From: Eledone cirrhosa
Lineage: Eukaryota
Direction of reading: 5' to 3'
Assembly (NCBI GenBank): GCA_964016885.1
Contig: OZ024753.1
Location: 38,254,001-38,318,000, forward strand
DNA length: 64,000 bases
Below, in pieces: positions 16,113 to 30,743 of the stretch. The first letter of the stretch is position 1, and every line of letters starts with the position of its first letter. The translations under genes and the position numbers were made by a program. The notes below the pieces were generated by a model, which saw only the letters and a program-made list of their open reading frames with translations, made no database searches and was not told the DNA's origin.

Positions 16113-16328
16113 GAGTTGTGGGTTGTCAGAATCGTTAGAGCGTCGGACACAATGCTTCGCGGTATTCAGTCCCGGTTTATTACGTTCTGAGTTCAAATCC
16201 CGCCAAGGTCAACTTTACTTTTCAGCTTTCCTATATCGATAAGATGAAGTACTAATCAAGTACTGGGGTCGATTATCAGCACACACCCGACAAAATGCTG
16301 GCCTTTTGCCAAAATTAGAAACCATTGT
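16113..16328 (+). mobile_element. SINE family A, plus strand
   Basis: cagaatcgttagagcgtcgg...gagttcaaatcccgcc...gctggccttttgccaaaattagaaacc. Confidence 0.75.
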
Positions 16329-16527
16329 TAATGTTGTTTATTTGTTCATAGTGGTAAATGTCTTATTAGATGGATTCTATAACAACATGGATGATGAAAG
16401 TTGAGCTCTCATCTGTATTACTCTCTTTAACCGACAGGTTGTTGTTGTTGTTCTAATAATGCAAAGATGGTAATGAAAATCAATACTCAAAAGTAAACAT
16501 TTGCACATACACACACACTCACACACT

Positions 16528-16656
<129 letters not shown>

Positions 16657-17155
16657 CATATATATATATATATATACACAGATGTATATATATACACATA
16701 TTCATATACATATATAAGTAAACATACATACATACATGTGCCATCACTTGCATCTGCATCTTGTGAAAAAATCTGCCTGTACCCTAGCATTTAGCTGTAG
16801 TGCTTAATTACAACCCCAACATGTACTCTCTCCTTATTCGCCATCTCCGATCTCCCTATTTTTACCCTCTATTGTATTCCAATTGTTTGTGTGACTAAGC
16901 TTGGTAGAGCTTATACTCAGCACTGTGTTTTTGTTTATTAAGCTCTGATGATTCCTGCCCAACGGTATGGATGAAACATTGTCAGCAAATAAAAACTGTT
17001 TGAGTATGTAAGCGTTCTTTGATTTCTTTTACATGCATACATATATATACATTTATATAAACATATAGATATATAGATAGATAATCGTGTGTATATGTGA
17101 GTGTGTGTGTGTGTATGTATGTGCAGCGATGGAAGTATATATACATATATCATAT

Positions 17156-17231
<76 letters not shown>

Positions 17232-17299
17232 AAGGGTTTAGATCGATATCCAGTAATTTCGATCTTGTTATTTACAAATTGCTCAACAAATTCATTTGA

Positions 17300-17393
<94 letters not shown>

Positions 17394-17640
17394 CGTACAC
17401 ACACGTACTCACACATCATACACGAACCAGTTAAAATATGATGATGATGATGATGATGACGATTTATATATGTGTAGAGCCAAAAGGACAAATGTTAATG
17501 ATCAGAACATAAATCTTCACGCCAGGTTTGTTAGTTTTTAACGACTTCTGTTTCAAATAACTACGAATTCACTGGAGTCGACCGCATGAAAATTATATTG
17601 TCCATGTCTCATTGTGTACAGCTGTCATAGCTCTCTCACT

Positions 17641-17692
<52 letters not shown>

Positions 17693-17736
17693 ATATATAT
17701 ATATAGAGAGAGAGAGATGTGTGTGATGTGTGTGTG

Positions 17737-17801
<65 letters not shown>

Positions 17802-17916
17802 TCAGTACAGAGAAATGAAACGATACTTTCTACAGTATTCTACAGTATTGAAAGGAACGTTCGTAAATCTATTAAATAATTTAATTAAACACTGGTTATT
17901 TTATTCATTATGTATG

Positions 17917-17967
<51 letters not shown>

Positions 17968-17975
17968 ATATATAA

Positions 17976-18085
<110 letters not shown>

Positions 18086-20254
18086 GTGTATATATAAATA
18101 TATATATATTTATATATACACATATGTATATATATATATCCACACACACACACAATGCATGCATGTGTGAGTCTGTATGTATACTGACCGCACAGCTAAC
18201 AGACATTAGTGATATTAATGACTTATATAAATCTGTCGTATGAGTGACTTCTGCTAAAACCACTCACACTGTGAACAGCCAGTATTTAACAAAGTAAATG
18301 GTCGAACTCTTCTAATTATCGAAAACCAAAAATAGGCAGCCATTTTCTTCACTTCCCTCCCTTTTCATATTCCACATCATATACATACATACATACATGG
18401 TGGCTGCCAACTCGTTTTCGAGTACGGCCACTACTTTATATCCACGTAGGAGAACCCCTACCGAAGCGCTGAACGAGTGTGACTTTTTAGTCCAGCCAGC
18501 GACTTGAAAACTCTGGTACAAACACTACACTTGTGACAATTATTGACACATAGTGCTGGGCCCATGGTACCATGTGATGACAAGTGCAGAGAGATCTCCA
18601 GATATAAAGCAATGCCTGTGCCGTGAAGCTTTTATAGTGAGCAAAGGCACTGCACAAAGCCAGTCCCACTCTCTTAACCAAGATGATATTTACCAAAAAG
18701 AAGAACAAGTCAACATCATTGGATACCATCAGGGTTGCAGGTGTTATATCAGAGTTTTCCTTCTCCTAGAATTCTGCCTTGACAAAGGCTAAGGGGTCAT
18801 CTCTCCCGGTGATTTTGGATGGCCATTGACTCTTAAGAGCTCCTTTGCCCTTTGACAGGTTTTGTTTTTAGTCCTGCAGGATGTCCAAAGTCACCCTCCT
18901 CACCAAGAAACCTTGGTGGGGTTGCCAGTTTAGTCGCCAACGACCCGACCATGAGACAGGTTGTACTGGGATACATGTTACCAGTAGCACCAACTGGTGA
19001 CCTGACATACATACATACATACATACATACATACATACATACATACATACATACATACATACATACATACATACATACATACACAGCCTATTAATTATTT
19101 CTTCAATAAATACTTTTACCCGTCTCTATACACACACATACATACATACATTTCTTTTGTCTGCTGAGTGAATTGGAGCAACGTGAAATAAAGAATCTTG
19201 CTCAAGGCCACAACGCGCCGACGGGAATCGAACTCACGAATCTATGATCGTAAACTGACTACCCAAACCACTAAGTCTTTACCGTATAACATATAATATA
19301 TAGTATAACTGCTTATAGCAAACACTGTATACTGTGTACATTCTCAGAGATGGAAGATTTTCAATGAAAAACACAATTCACAAATTTATATTTTCAGTAC
19401 TAATTTAATTTTTAAAATTTTTCTTTTTCTTTTATTTTGTTTTTCTTCGTCAATAATGAGTTTTCTTCTAAGACATCGTTTACTTTTCTCTTATATCACA
19501 ATTTAAATGTTTCTTTAATTCAACACTTGCTGTGGTTATATGAATTTTTAAAAAATTACAAATTGCTGAGGTTATTCGATAACTAGGTTTCCAGTTCTTC
19601 ATTATATAATATTTAATGGTTTCAAAGGGATCCGTTTGAAATATTTCAAATTTGATCAGAGCTTTAAAAAACCCCATAACACTTAACAATCATAAACTTT
19701 TACAACTGCTATCTCATCACGAATTATTTGCGTAACGAATACAGATCGTGATAAACATTGGTAAACTTGAACATAGATTTTTGGGGCTTTTTTATAAAAG
19801 TAATTACTATATCGTTTAAGAATGAGAAAATAAGGTTTATAGTTATATAGAACAGGACATATGAAACTAGAATGGGGTTAATTATGTAATGAGCCGTTAA
19901 CATGACTCTAAGCTATGGATTAGGCAGTGAATTGGCAGAGTCGGTAGAACGTTGGATAGATTGCTTTCGAGATCGATAAAAAAAGTACCAGTCAAATACT
20001 GGAGTCGATTCTTCCTCTATATCTTTTTCTCACTTTCATTCTTTCATTCTCTATCGTTCTCTAGAAGAAATCTGCAGTATTCAGACTTTGGAAGGAGAAG
20101 GGCTCCGTCAGATGTTAAAAAAAAGCCCTAGAAACGTCGTATGTCAATACGGCACTCCTACGACTCCATCAAGAGTTACTGGAGAAAAAAAAGAAGATAT
20201 CGATTGTATTATAAATTAATATCTTTAATTTTAGAGTTGTACTTGTTTGGCAAG

Positions 20255-20440
20255 TGACTTGATCTGAGATGGAAGAGTCATTTTAGCCACAGTTGTACAT
20301 GTCTGGCAGATGACTTGATCTGAGATAGTATTAAAACTAAAACAATTATTGCATAGATGAGTCATTTTAGCCGCAGTTGTACATGTCTGGCAGATGACTT
20401 GATCTGAGATTGTGTTGAAACTAAAACAACTACTGCTAAA
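20255..20440. repeat. ~84-bp tandem duplication
   Basis: gagtcattttagcc(a/g)cagttgtacatgtctggcagatgacttgatctgagat occurs twice. Confidence 0.8.
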
Positions 20441-20564
20441 ATGAAGAATCATTTTTAATCATTTGAAAACATAAAAACTGTTAACTTTACTTTATATATA
20501 TAATTTATTTCCTTGTGTTGCCGCACTGTTTATGATCTGGCCACCGACACAGTTCTAGAGTGGA

Positions 20565-20677
<113 letters not shown>

Positions 20678-20717
20678 GATATTAAATAAATGGAAACTAT
20701 ATTTATAAAACCATATA

Positions 20718-20776
20718 TATTCTATTATATATATTTCAAGGGTACCAAAACTTTGGTACGCTCATCAGATAAAATA
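20718..20776 (-). ncRNA. Minimal type I hammerhead ribozyme (family shared with the 35.2, 36.4 and 44.1 kb copies)
   Basis: tattttat-CTGATGA-gc-gtaccaaa-gt-tttggtac-cctt-GAAA-tatata-TA^-atagaata. Confidence 0.8.
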
Positions 20777-20851
20777 CAAAGTTTGTTTTATAAATATTGA
20801 CATAACCAGGAAGATCTTAACGGTTCAAATGTATCCTGTTTATCCCTTTTG

Positions 20852-20955
<104 letters not shown>

Positions 20956-21065
20956 TCCATGCTCCCCAGCAGACAACTGATGAAGGAAAATTTTCTCCCG
21001 TTCGTGCTTTCCTCTTATTTATAAGTACACCTTATCCAACAACTACAGAGCCCCTGTTTCTTCTT

Positions 21066-21109
<44 letters not shown>

Positions 21110-22600
21110 CATGCACATACACACGCTCATTGACCTTAATATTCATATATACATACATACAAGTACAATCCATTAATGGAACAGTCAAAATATGTAAAAC
21201 ATTCCAAAAACTTTGCATCTAATAACTGCATATACACATGCACACATACAACTCAAAACATCCACATCCACACATACAATAACATCCATATCTACACATG
21301 CATGCATTCAAACATGCATACATATCTACCTAGTTGATGTTGTGTAAATTCCAATGAGAGACTCTTGTGTCTATGTTAGAAACCGACTCTCTCTCTAGTG
21401 GTAAACATTTGTGAAATTATAAAACTAGAAGAAACATAAATTCATACACAGTCACAGAAAGAAAGAAAGAAACAAACAAACAAAGAAAAAGGTGCCACAG
21501 AGGAAAACAGAAGGTAAAAAAGGGGTAATTGAATATATTCTACATACAGTAATGTTTCTCCTTCTTGTATTACCATTTGAAATATAGAACAAGACACGAT
21601 TATCTGTTTTAGTGTTCTTTCTACGCAGTGCGGAACCATATTCTATGTATAGTCTGAGAAACCATTTTTGTCACCTTATGATAATAATATTTGCTTATTT
21701 GTTCGTTTTGTTGTTGATGTTGCTGTTGCCGTTGTTATTTTTATTGATGTCTTTTTATTTTTATATTTTGTTATTGTCATTGTCATTGTTGTATTTTTAT
21801 TTTCATATTTATATATTTATATTTTTATATTTTTTATATTTATATTTTTATAATTTTTGTTACGTTTTTATTTTTATATATTTCATATTTATATTTTCAT
21901 ATTTTTTGTTATATTATTATTTTTATATATTTCATATTTATATATTTATATTTTTTTGTTATACTTTTATATTTTTTGTTGTATTTTTATTTTGTATATA
22001 TTTCAGATTTTTATATTTATATTTTTTATATTTTAATGTTTCTATTTTTCTATTTTTATTTTTACATAAATTTGTTATTGTTGTTTTTTGTTCGGGGGAA
22101 TGAAGATGTTTTTAGTAGCTATAAACCGAATGCCCCTCCCCCTCGCCTTCGCGCCCGGCCATAACTAAATATCAAAATATAATTTGAGAAGTAAAGAAAA
22201 AGAGATAAATTACCAAATTATCGAAATGGTGAATAAAGATTGAAAAATTGAACCTGGCATATGTCTCTCCCTGGTAAATAATAGTGTCGTTTATTGACAA
22301 ATACATCGTTTGTAGTGTCGCTTATTTACAAATACATATTTGATTCAGACAATTCAATATGAACGATCATCAATCAAATTACTGGAGTATTTTATAAAAA
22401 TGCTGGCAGCAACACACATATTACTGCTACTGAAGCACGATATAGTGATGTATCTTGTCAAAGCAGGCGGCTTAGAGGTTAACATGTCTAGTGCACGAAT
22501 ATATGGTCGTGTGTTCGATTCCCAAGCATATATATATATATATATATATTATATGTATATATATATTTATATATATAAATATTAAAATAATATATATAAA

Positions 22601-22784
22601 TAATTGTTTCTACGTTAGGCACAAGGCCAGCAATTACCCAGTGCATTACTGGTACTTTATTTTATCGACCCCGTAAGGATGAAAGGCAAAGTTAACCTTG
22701 GCGGGATTTGAACTCAGAATGACAAGGGCCGTAACTCTATACGTCAAAGCATGGCGTCCGACCCTCTACCAATACTGCCAATCC
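22601..22784 (-). mobile_element. SINE family A
   Basis: Near-identical to 4225-4411 and 7251-7436. Confidence 0.85.
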
Positions 22785-22860
22785 AATATATAAATAATAA
22801 AATTTAAACTCTATTTCGGTATTGAGTACTCTTTTCTCTCGGCCATCAACTACATTTGGG

Positions 22861-22891
<31 letters not shown>

Positions 22892-23356
22892 ATATATATA
22901 AGTGGTAGGGTGAAGGTGGTAGCGAGAGGTGGTGGTGTGAGGTGATGAATTGACGAAGGGGAAGGTATAACATATATATTAAAGCCGACCAACATCGTCC
23001 ATCTAACACTAGATTGGAAAACTAAGTGTGGAGTTAAGTGCGTATATATACATACATAAATACATAACAGGGAACAGTAACAGGGTACAAGCCAACTTCT
23101 ATTTTAGCCGCTACTACCACCAAACTACCAAGGAGGAGAGAGAGAAAGAGATAAATATATATATATATATGAACTATGTTCTCTAATACCCTCTTCTAAT
23201 ATACACCTTAAGTTTATTATACACTTTTTATCATATTTCCTGTAGCATGAAGAAGCCAAAATAATTATCGGCTGAAACCGGTACGATAAAAACAAAATTG
23301 TTTTGGTGTTATTCTATGAGAAAATCCTCTTAGCATTTCTACTTTTTTCTTATTTT

Positions 23357-23427
<71 letters not shown>

Positions 23428-23540
23428 TGTATGTATATATATATATATATATACATACATGTGTGTGTGTGTGTAAGAAAAATATAAAAATATATATATA
23501 TATATATACACACAGACACGTGTGTGTTTATGTATGTGTG

Positions 23541-23619
<79 letters not shown>

Positions 23620-24075
23620 ATGACTTTGACCGAGATAGACGAATTTAGTGGCGGTTTTTCTTCAATGTAAGAATAAAGAAACAAATAAATAATAGATAAC
23701 CTTTGTTACTAATTCTCGAAGCTTACTAATGGAAACGACAACGAAACTTGTTTTATCTTCACAAAACTCTTCTTTGTAAATGTGGTAAAATGAAAAAAAA
23801 AATCTCTCATTAAGGAATTCGTGTGTCACTGACATTTTGTTCAATTCGTGTAAAAAAAAATTCTTTAATTCTTAATTACACTTAGCAAGATTTATTGATG
23901 ATAGAGTAATTCCAAAGTTGAAGCTAAAGATAACTTCTTTACTTTCCGGAAACAATGGCAGCCATCTTGTTTCTGTGTATATAAGAACAACTTCCGGTAT
24001 TCAGCATCAGAAAATTTACAGCATTTTAAAAATTTTTTTTCAAATAGAAAAGAATGGTTCTGATAGTTAGACCAA

Positions 24076-24134
<59 letters not shown>

Positions 24135-24695
24135 AACACAAATATAAATACATATACGAGTGTGTGTGTGTGTGTGCATACACACACACACACATATAAA
24201 TATATATTTATATTGTAATGGAAAAATTAAATTATTTTAATTGACTAACTACCTTGGTATTCCTTCTGAATTGACTAGTTATGCTCTCTGGCTCCCGTCG
24301 TCTTCATCTACCATTGGTCTTTTCATTGCTTATGCTATCTGATGTTCACAACTTCTGACAGGATTTGGTGGAATTTGAACTCAGAGCAAAGAGAATTGGA
24401 TGACATGCTGCTAAGAATCCCATCCGACTCTTTAACAATTCTGCCAATCCACCACACCTAGATTGGTACTTTGGTACTTTATCGGCCCACAAAATAATGA
24501 ATAGCAAAGTCAACCATAATGGTATTAGAACACAGTGCGTAGAATGTCAGGTGAGATATTGCCAAGTATTTTGTGTGATGTTCTAACGACTCTGTCGCTC
24601 AACATCTTGATATGGTAAGAAACTCTCAGGAGAGCTGGATAGTAGGTCTTTAGAGAATAACCCCCCACCTCACAAAAAAGCAATTGTTTCGGCCC

Positions 24696-25095
24696 TATAA
24701 TGAACACCTAACACTAACCACTCTGCTGTATTGATAGCTTTAATGAACACATAATACTAACTACCCTGCCGTATTGATAACTATAATGAAAGCCTAATAC
24801 TAACCACTCTGCCGTGTTGATAGCTATAATGTAAGATTAATACTAACTACTTTGTCATGTTGATAGCTATAATGTAAGATTAATACTAACTACTTTGTCA
24901 TGTTGATAGCTATAATACATGATTAATACTAACTATTCTGTTGTGTTGATAGCTATAAGGTAAGATTAATACTAACCACTGTGCCGCGGTGATAGCCATA
25001 ATGAAACCCTAATACTAACTACCCCGCCGTCATGATAGCTATAATGTAGATTAATTCTAATCTAACCACTCTGCCGTCTTGATAGCTATAATGAT
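24696..25095. repeat. ~43-bp minisatellite, ~9 copies
   Basis: Unit taatactaaccactctgccgtgttgatagctataatg... recurs at 24752, 24795, 24838 and onward. Confidence 0.9.
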
Positions 25096-25330
25096 AGCCT
25101 ATTTATCATGAACAACTTAAGAAGCAGAGTGAGTGTGACTACTTGAAGGTGATCCAAGCTCTTAACAAATGCCTTTCACCAGTGTTATCAAAGGAGTTTT
25201 TATGTTATTCATTTTTAGTGAATTAAAGCTCTTCTTGTGTAATCCAAACGTTGGACCACGACCACTTCACAGTCTCCTCGTAGTTAAATGGCTAAGTAGT
25301 GAAGTTATTAGAAAGTTCTTTGTAGAGTTC

Positions 25331-25385
<55 letters not shown>

Positions 25386-26741
25386 ACTATTTCTTTCTCA
25401 CTCTCTCTCTATCTATCTATTTATCTATCTACCTACCTATCTGCCTGGTTTTTGTGGCCGAAACGAAAAGGTTGGAACCAGAGTACGTGTCGCAAAATGT
25501 GACGTCCCTCGGACTGTTATGGGGTTATCTCATCCGGCCACCTACCGTCAACACAACCGGGGTTCGAAGAGCACCAGTTGTGACGGGAAACTAGTCGTAC
25601 CAAGGCTCCTTCCGATGATGTCATCATGTAATGCGACATGCCAAGAGAATCTCGATCTGCACTGTGGCAACAAATGAGCGGATCTATTCCATTCTGAACT
25701 CATCAATCACGGCTCTATAACAGCTTTGTGTGGTCCCATTGTGTGGTCCACACACATGCAGGATCCAAAGAAGGTACAGAGTCACTCATGGATATATGTC
25801 TTATGAGTACCATATTAAAAGTAGGTGCAAATTATCAGCCATTAGAACGTCGGATAGAATATTTTGTATTTGTTTCAGCTCTCTTCTGTCTATGTTCAAA
25901 TAGCGCCAAAATCAACTTAGTCTTCCATCCATTCGAGATCGATAAAAAAGTACCAGTCAAGTACTGGGATCGATTCTTTCTCTATATTTCTATTTTACTT
26001 CCATTCGCTGACTCTTTCTATCCTTCTCTGGTAGAAATCTGTATTCAAACATGGAGAGGAGATGAGCTCTGCCGGGCTTTTAAAAGTGTCCTAGAAACGC
26101 CGTATATCAACGACCCCTTCAACAGTTATGGATCCATGCAACTATGCGTGAATCGTCTTAAAATATTAATATTTAGTTTCCTCTTTCTAAAATGAATACA
26201 TTTTCAAAACTGCAACGCAAAAGTAAAAATTGAACTCAAATAGAATTTGAGCGTTAAAGAAAACTATCCAAATTGGACACGATTTCTTAAGAGTACAGTA
26301 ATAAAAATAACATTTAGCTTCATTATTAAATTTCTACACGACAGAAGAGTCTATTGAATAATCTTTCTGTGGAAATTCTAAACAGATTGGATCTGTAGAA
26401 CTGCAGAAGTAAGAGAAGTTGCTTCAAGACATTTTTTTTTTCATAATGAACAACAATACTTGCAAACACTTCAATACTTTGTGTGCGGCGTGGAAATATT
26501 CCAATAGCCTGTGTGACGAAGCAGTTATTTATTTAATTATGATGGCGATGGTGGTGGAGGAGGGGGAGGTGGTGTTGGTAGTGGTAGTGGCGGTGGTAAT
26601 GATGGTGTTGGTGGTGGTAGAGGTGGTGGTAGTGATAGTGATGGTGGTGGTGGTGATGGTGATGGCAGTGGTAGTGGTAGTGGTGGTCGTGGTGTGTAGG
26701 GGGAATATTTGCTAATTATGTGTGAATTGTATGTACATTAC

Positions 26742-26799
<58 letters not shown>

Positions 26800-26820
26800 A
26801 CACGCATATATCTATATATT

Positions 26821-26866
<46 letters not shown>

Positions 26867-27387
26867 AACACACACACATATATACATGTATAACGTACAT
26901 TGTTGAAGGTTTACATAGAGTGGTTTGCCAAAGAACTCCCAACGGCTACACTTTCACTAACTCTACACTTATATTTCCACCTCCACCATCACCTTTACCT
27001 CCACATCCGCCTCCACCTCACCCTTCACCTTCATCTCCATCTTCACCTACACCTCCACCTCCACCTGCAACTATCATATATTATATAAACACAGGTAAGG
27101 ATATATAGATTGTTTCAACAAAAACGGTTATTCAATGCTTTCGTAAGAATTAACTGGAAAAACTTAAAACCATGACAATTATTCTTAGTTCGTTGCAATA
27201 TTTTAAGTGAAGCGAGTGCGTGAATGGAAAAGTTGGTATATAATGGGAGAAACATGGACTTAAATGGACGGAAGGACGGAAGGAATTATATGTCTTGCTG
27301 CGTTTAGTTCCATCTATCTGTGTTCTGTGTTCAAATCATATTATAACAAGGTTTAATAAAATGTGAGAAAGTTGGACCTTGTTGAGG

Positions 27388-28140
27388 CACGTGAACTGAT
27401 GGTAAGTGTGTTGGACTACGATCGTAATGTCGTGGGTTTGATTTCTAGACTGGGCTGTGTGTTGTGTTCTTGAGCAACAAAACATTTCATTTCACGTGGC
27501 TCCAGTATTCTAGAATACTCAGCTGAAAAATGAGTATCAGCATTAGTTGGATGGGGGTGGGGTTTTTGCGATGGACTGGCGTCCTGTCCAGGAGGAAATG
27601 TTGTACTCTTAGTCGCTTAACACCACGGAAACCGACGGAAACCGGGATAGGAACTGGCCTGATGAGCTTCCGAGATCGAGACAAGCTTTAGACTTTTTTA
27701 TTGTTGGATCTCCGTCGGTTACGACTACAAGTTTTCCAGTTGATTTGATCAACGAAGCAGCCTGCTCATGAAATTAAATTAACGTGCAAGTAGCTGAAGA
27801 TTCTACAGACACGTGTACCATTAACGTAGATATCGAGGAGATTCAGCATAACAAAGAAGAGTGAGACAAAGCTGGACCTTTGAACTATCATGCAAGTACA
27901 AATTGTAGTTATGTGAAATAAAATGTCTTGCTCAAGGACACAACACACCGGCAGGAACCTATCTCACGGCCTTACATTCGTCAGCAAACACCCAGAGCAC
28001 TACACCACGTCCATTCACAGCAAAATATGTATTAATAAATAGAATGTCTTGCTCAAGGACACAACATACCGACAGGAAACAAACACATTACCTTACATTC
28101 GTTAGCCAAATACCCATATAAACTATTCCACGTACTTTCA
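27388..28140. mobile_element. SINE family B cluster: one plus copy, then minus copies with a duplicated head
   Basis: gtgttgtgttcttgagcaac...atttcacgtggctccag on +; gtgaaataaaatgtcttgctcaaggacacaacac at ~27913 and a second head at ~28043. Confidence 0.7.
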
Positions 28141-28901
28141 CAGCAAAATATGTATTAATATAACGAGAATATTGGAATCGATTCAATCCACCATATTTCT
28201 CAATTCAAAATTTAGCCTCATGGCTTGTGAACTTAAAATGTTATTATCCATGTATATAAAGAAGCTAGAGTGAGGCAGATAATTTGGTAGAGTGCCAAAT
28301 AAAAGCAATTACAGTTTTTAATTTCAAGCCGCTGGATTCTTACTAGATTCGGCTTTTACCGTGATTGAATTTGTCACACATTCCTCTGGCATCAGTAAGA
28401 AAAATAAGTACTGATAAGACGAAGCATTGAACTCCAAAATTTTGTCTGTGAACCAAAGCTAAGGAAAGGCGGTGAATTAGTAGTAGAGTTTGTAATGCGT
28501 TGGACAGAATGCCTTGAGGTATTGAGTCCGGCTCTCTGCGTTCTGTGTTCAAATTCTGCAGAGATCAATTTTTCCTTTCGTCCTCTTCAGGTCGATAAAT
28601 AAGGTACCTGTTCAGAGATTTGGTGGAATTATTAAAGAGTCGATGGATTGGCAGTATCAGTAGAGCATCAGACTACATTCTTCACGGCATATAGTTACGG
28701 CTCTTTACGCTGTGCATTTCGTTTGTTGAAACACGTGTAAGACAGATATAAATGTCATAAATTTCTTCATAACTCCTGCAATATGTATGATAGTTTCAAA
28801 ACATGCCCGCATGGCTAAGTCTTTAGAATGTGAATTCAAAATAGTGAACGCACAGGACAAAGACGATGGAAAAAGGAAAAAGGGTCAGTCCTATTTCTTA
28901 T

Positions 28902-28966
<65 letters not shown>

Positions 28967-29689
28967 GTGATATAATATAACGCGTAGAATAAATAAAAAA
29001 AAGTACTGAGAATTCGGAATAGACTGACAAGTAGACAGTTTCCGCTCATTGGCCGTCTTCTGGAATTCATCATACTTTTGAATGCTTTGCATTTACTGTA
29101 TACACTAGCAGAAAAACCACCCTTCGAGTGGTTTTCTGCTAGCATGTGTAGTGTGTATATTGATATTATACGCAAGTATATATGCATGTAGATATGATAC
29201 ATCAAATAAAATCATAATTGACAATATACACAGAAATTGAACGAAGACTGTGTTACACTGTTTTATGTAATCAGTAAAGTAATCCATGATACATTAAAAA
29301 AGACGATATTATATATAAACTGCATTAGGAAAAAATTAGTGACAGAAAATTAGTATGTTTATTTAAGCGATGGCAAACCGGAAGTGTTGACATTTCAGAA
29401 ATTTTAAAGAAGTGAATCTTTAAATAAACAAAATATATGTTAATCAACAGCCACGAAATTTAGTAAATAAATTATGTAATATTCATTCATTATTTATTCA
29501 AAGTAATCCAACTTATTTTACTAATGGGATAAAAAATTATAAACCGTACGCAGTCCCGCGCTCCCCCCTTTATTATAATTTAGATACATATTTATTCATG
29601 ATATATATATACCTCTCCCCATCCAACACCATACTCTTTTCTACTACCCTTCCTGCAGCCCTTCTCCATTCTATTTCTCCATCTTTATG

Positions 29690-30345
<656 letters not shown>

Positions 30346-30508
30346 CATCTGGATGTTAGTAGGTCAATTGGTGACAATTCAAAAGGATGAGAAGAAGAAG
30401 AAGAAGAAGAAGAAGAAGAAGAAGAAGAAGAAGAAGAAGAAGAAGAAGAAAAGAGAAAAAAGGAAAAAGGAAAACAAAAACCAGGGTAGAAGGAATAAGA
30501 AATGTGTG

Positions 30509-30640
<132 letters not shown>

Positions 30641-30678
30641 TGAGAGAGAGAGTGGGGTAGGTATATAGATAGATTGGT

Positions 30679-30739
<61 letters not shown>

Positions 30740-30743
30740 TATA

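Noticed and set aside
20978-21010. CTGATGAAGG partial hammerhead core (similar at ~12194 and ~49572)
   Set aside because: No properly placed GAAA, stem III and closing stem I could be built.
25440-25790. GC-richer island, possibly a decayed LINE C-terminus or an exon
   Set aside because: All three plus-strand frames hit stops and the motif similarity is too faint to assign.
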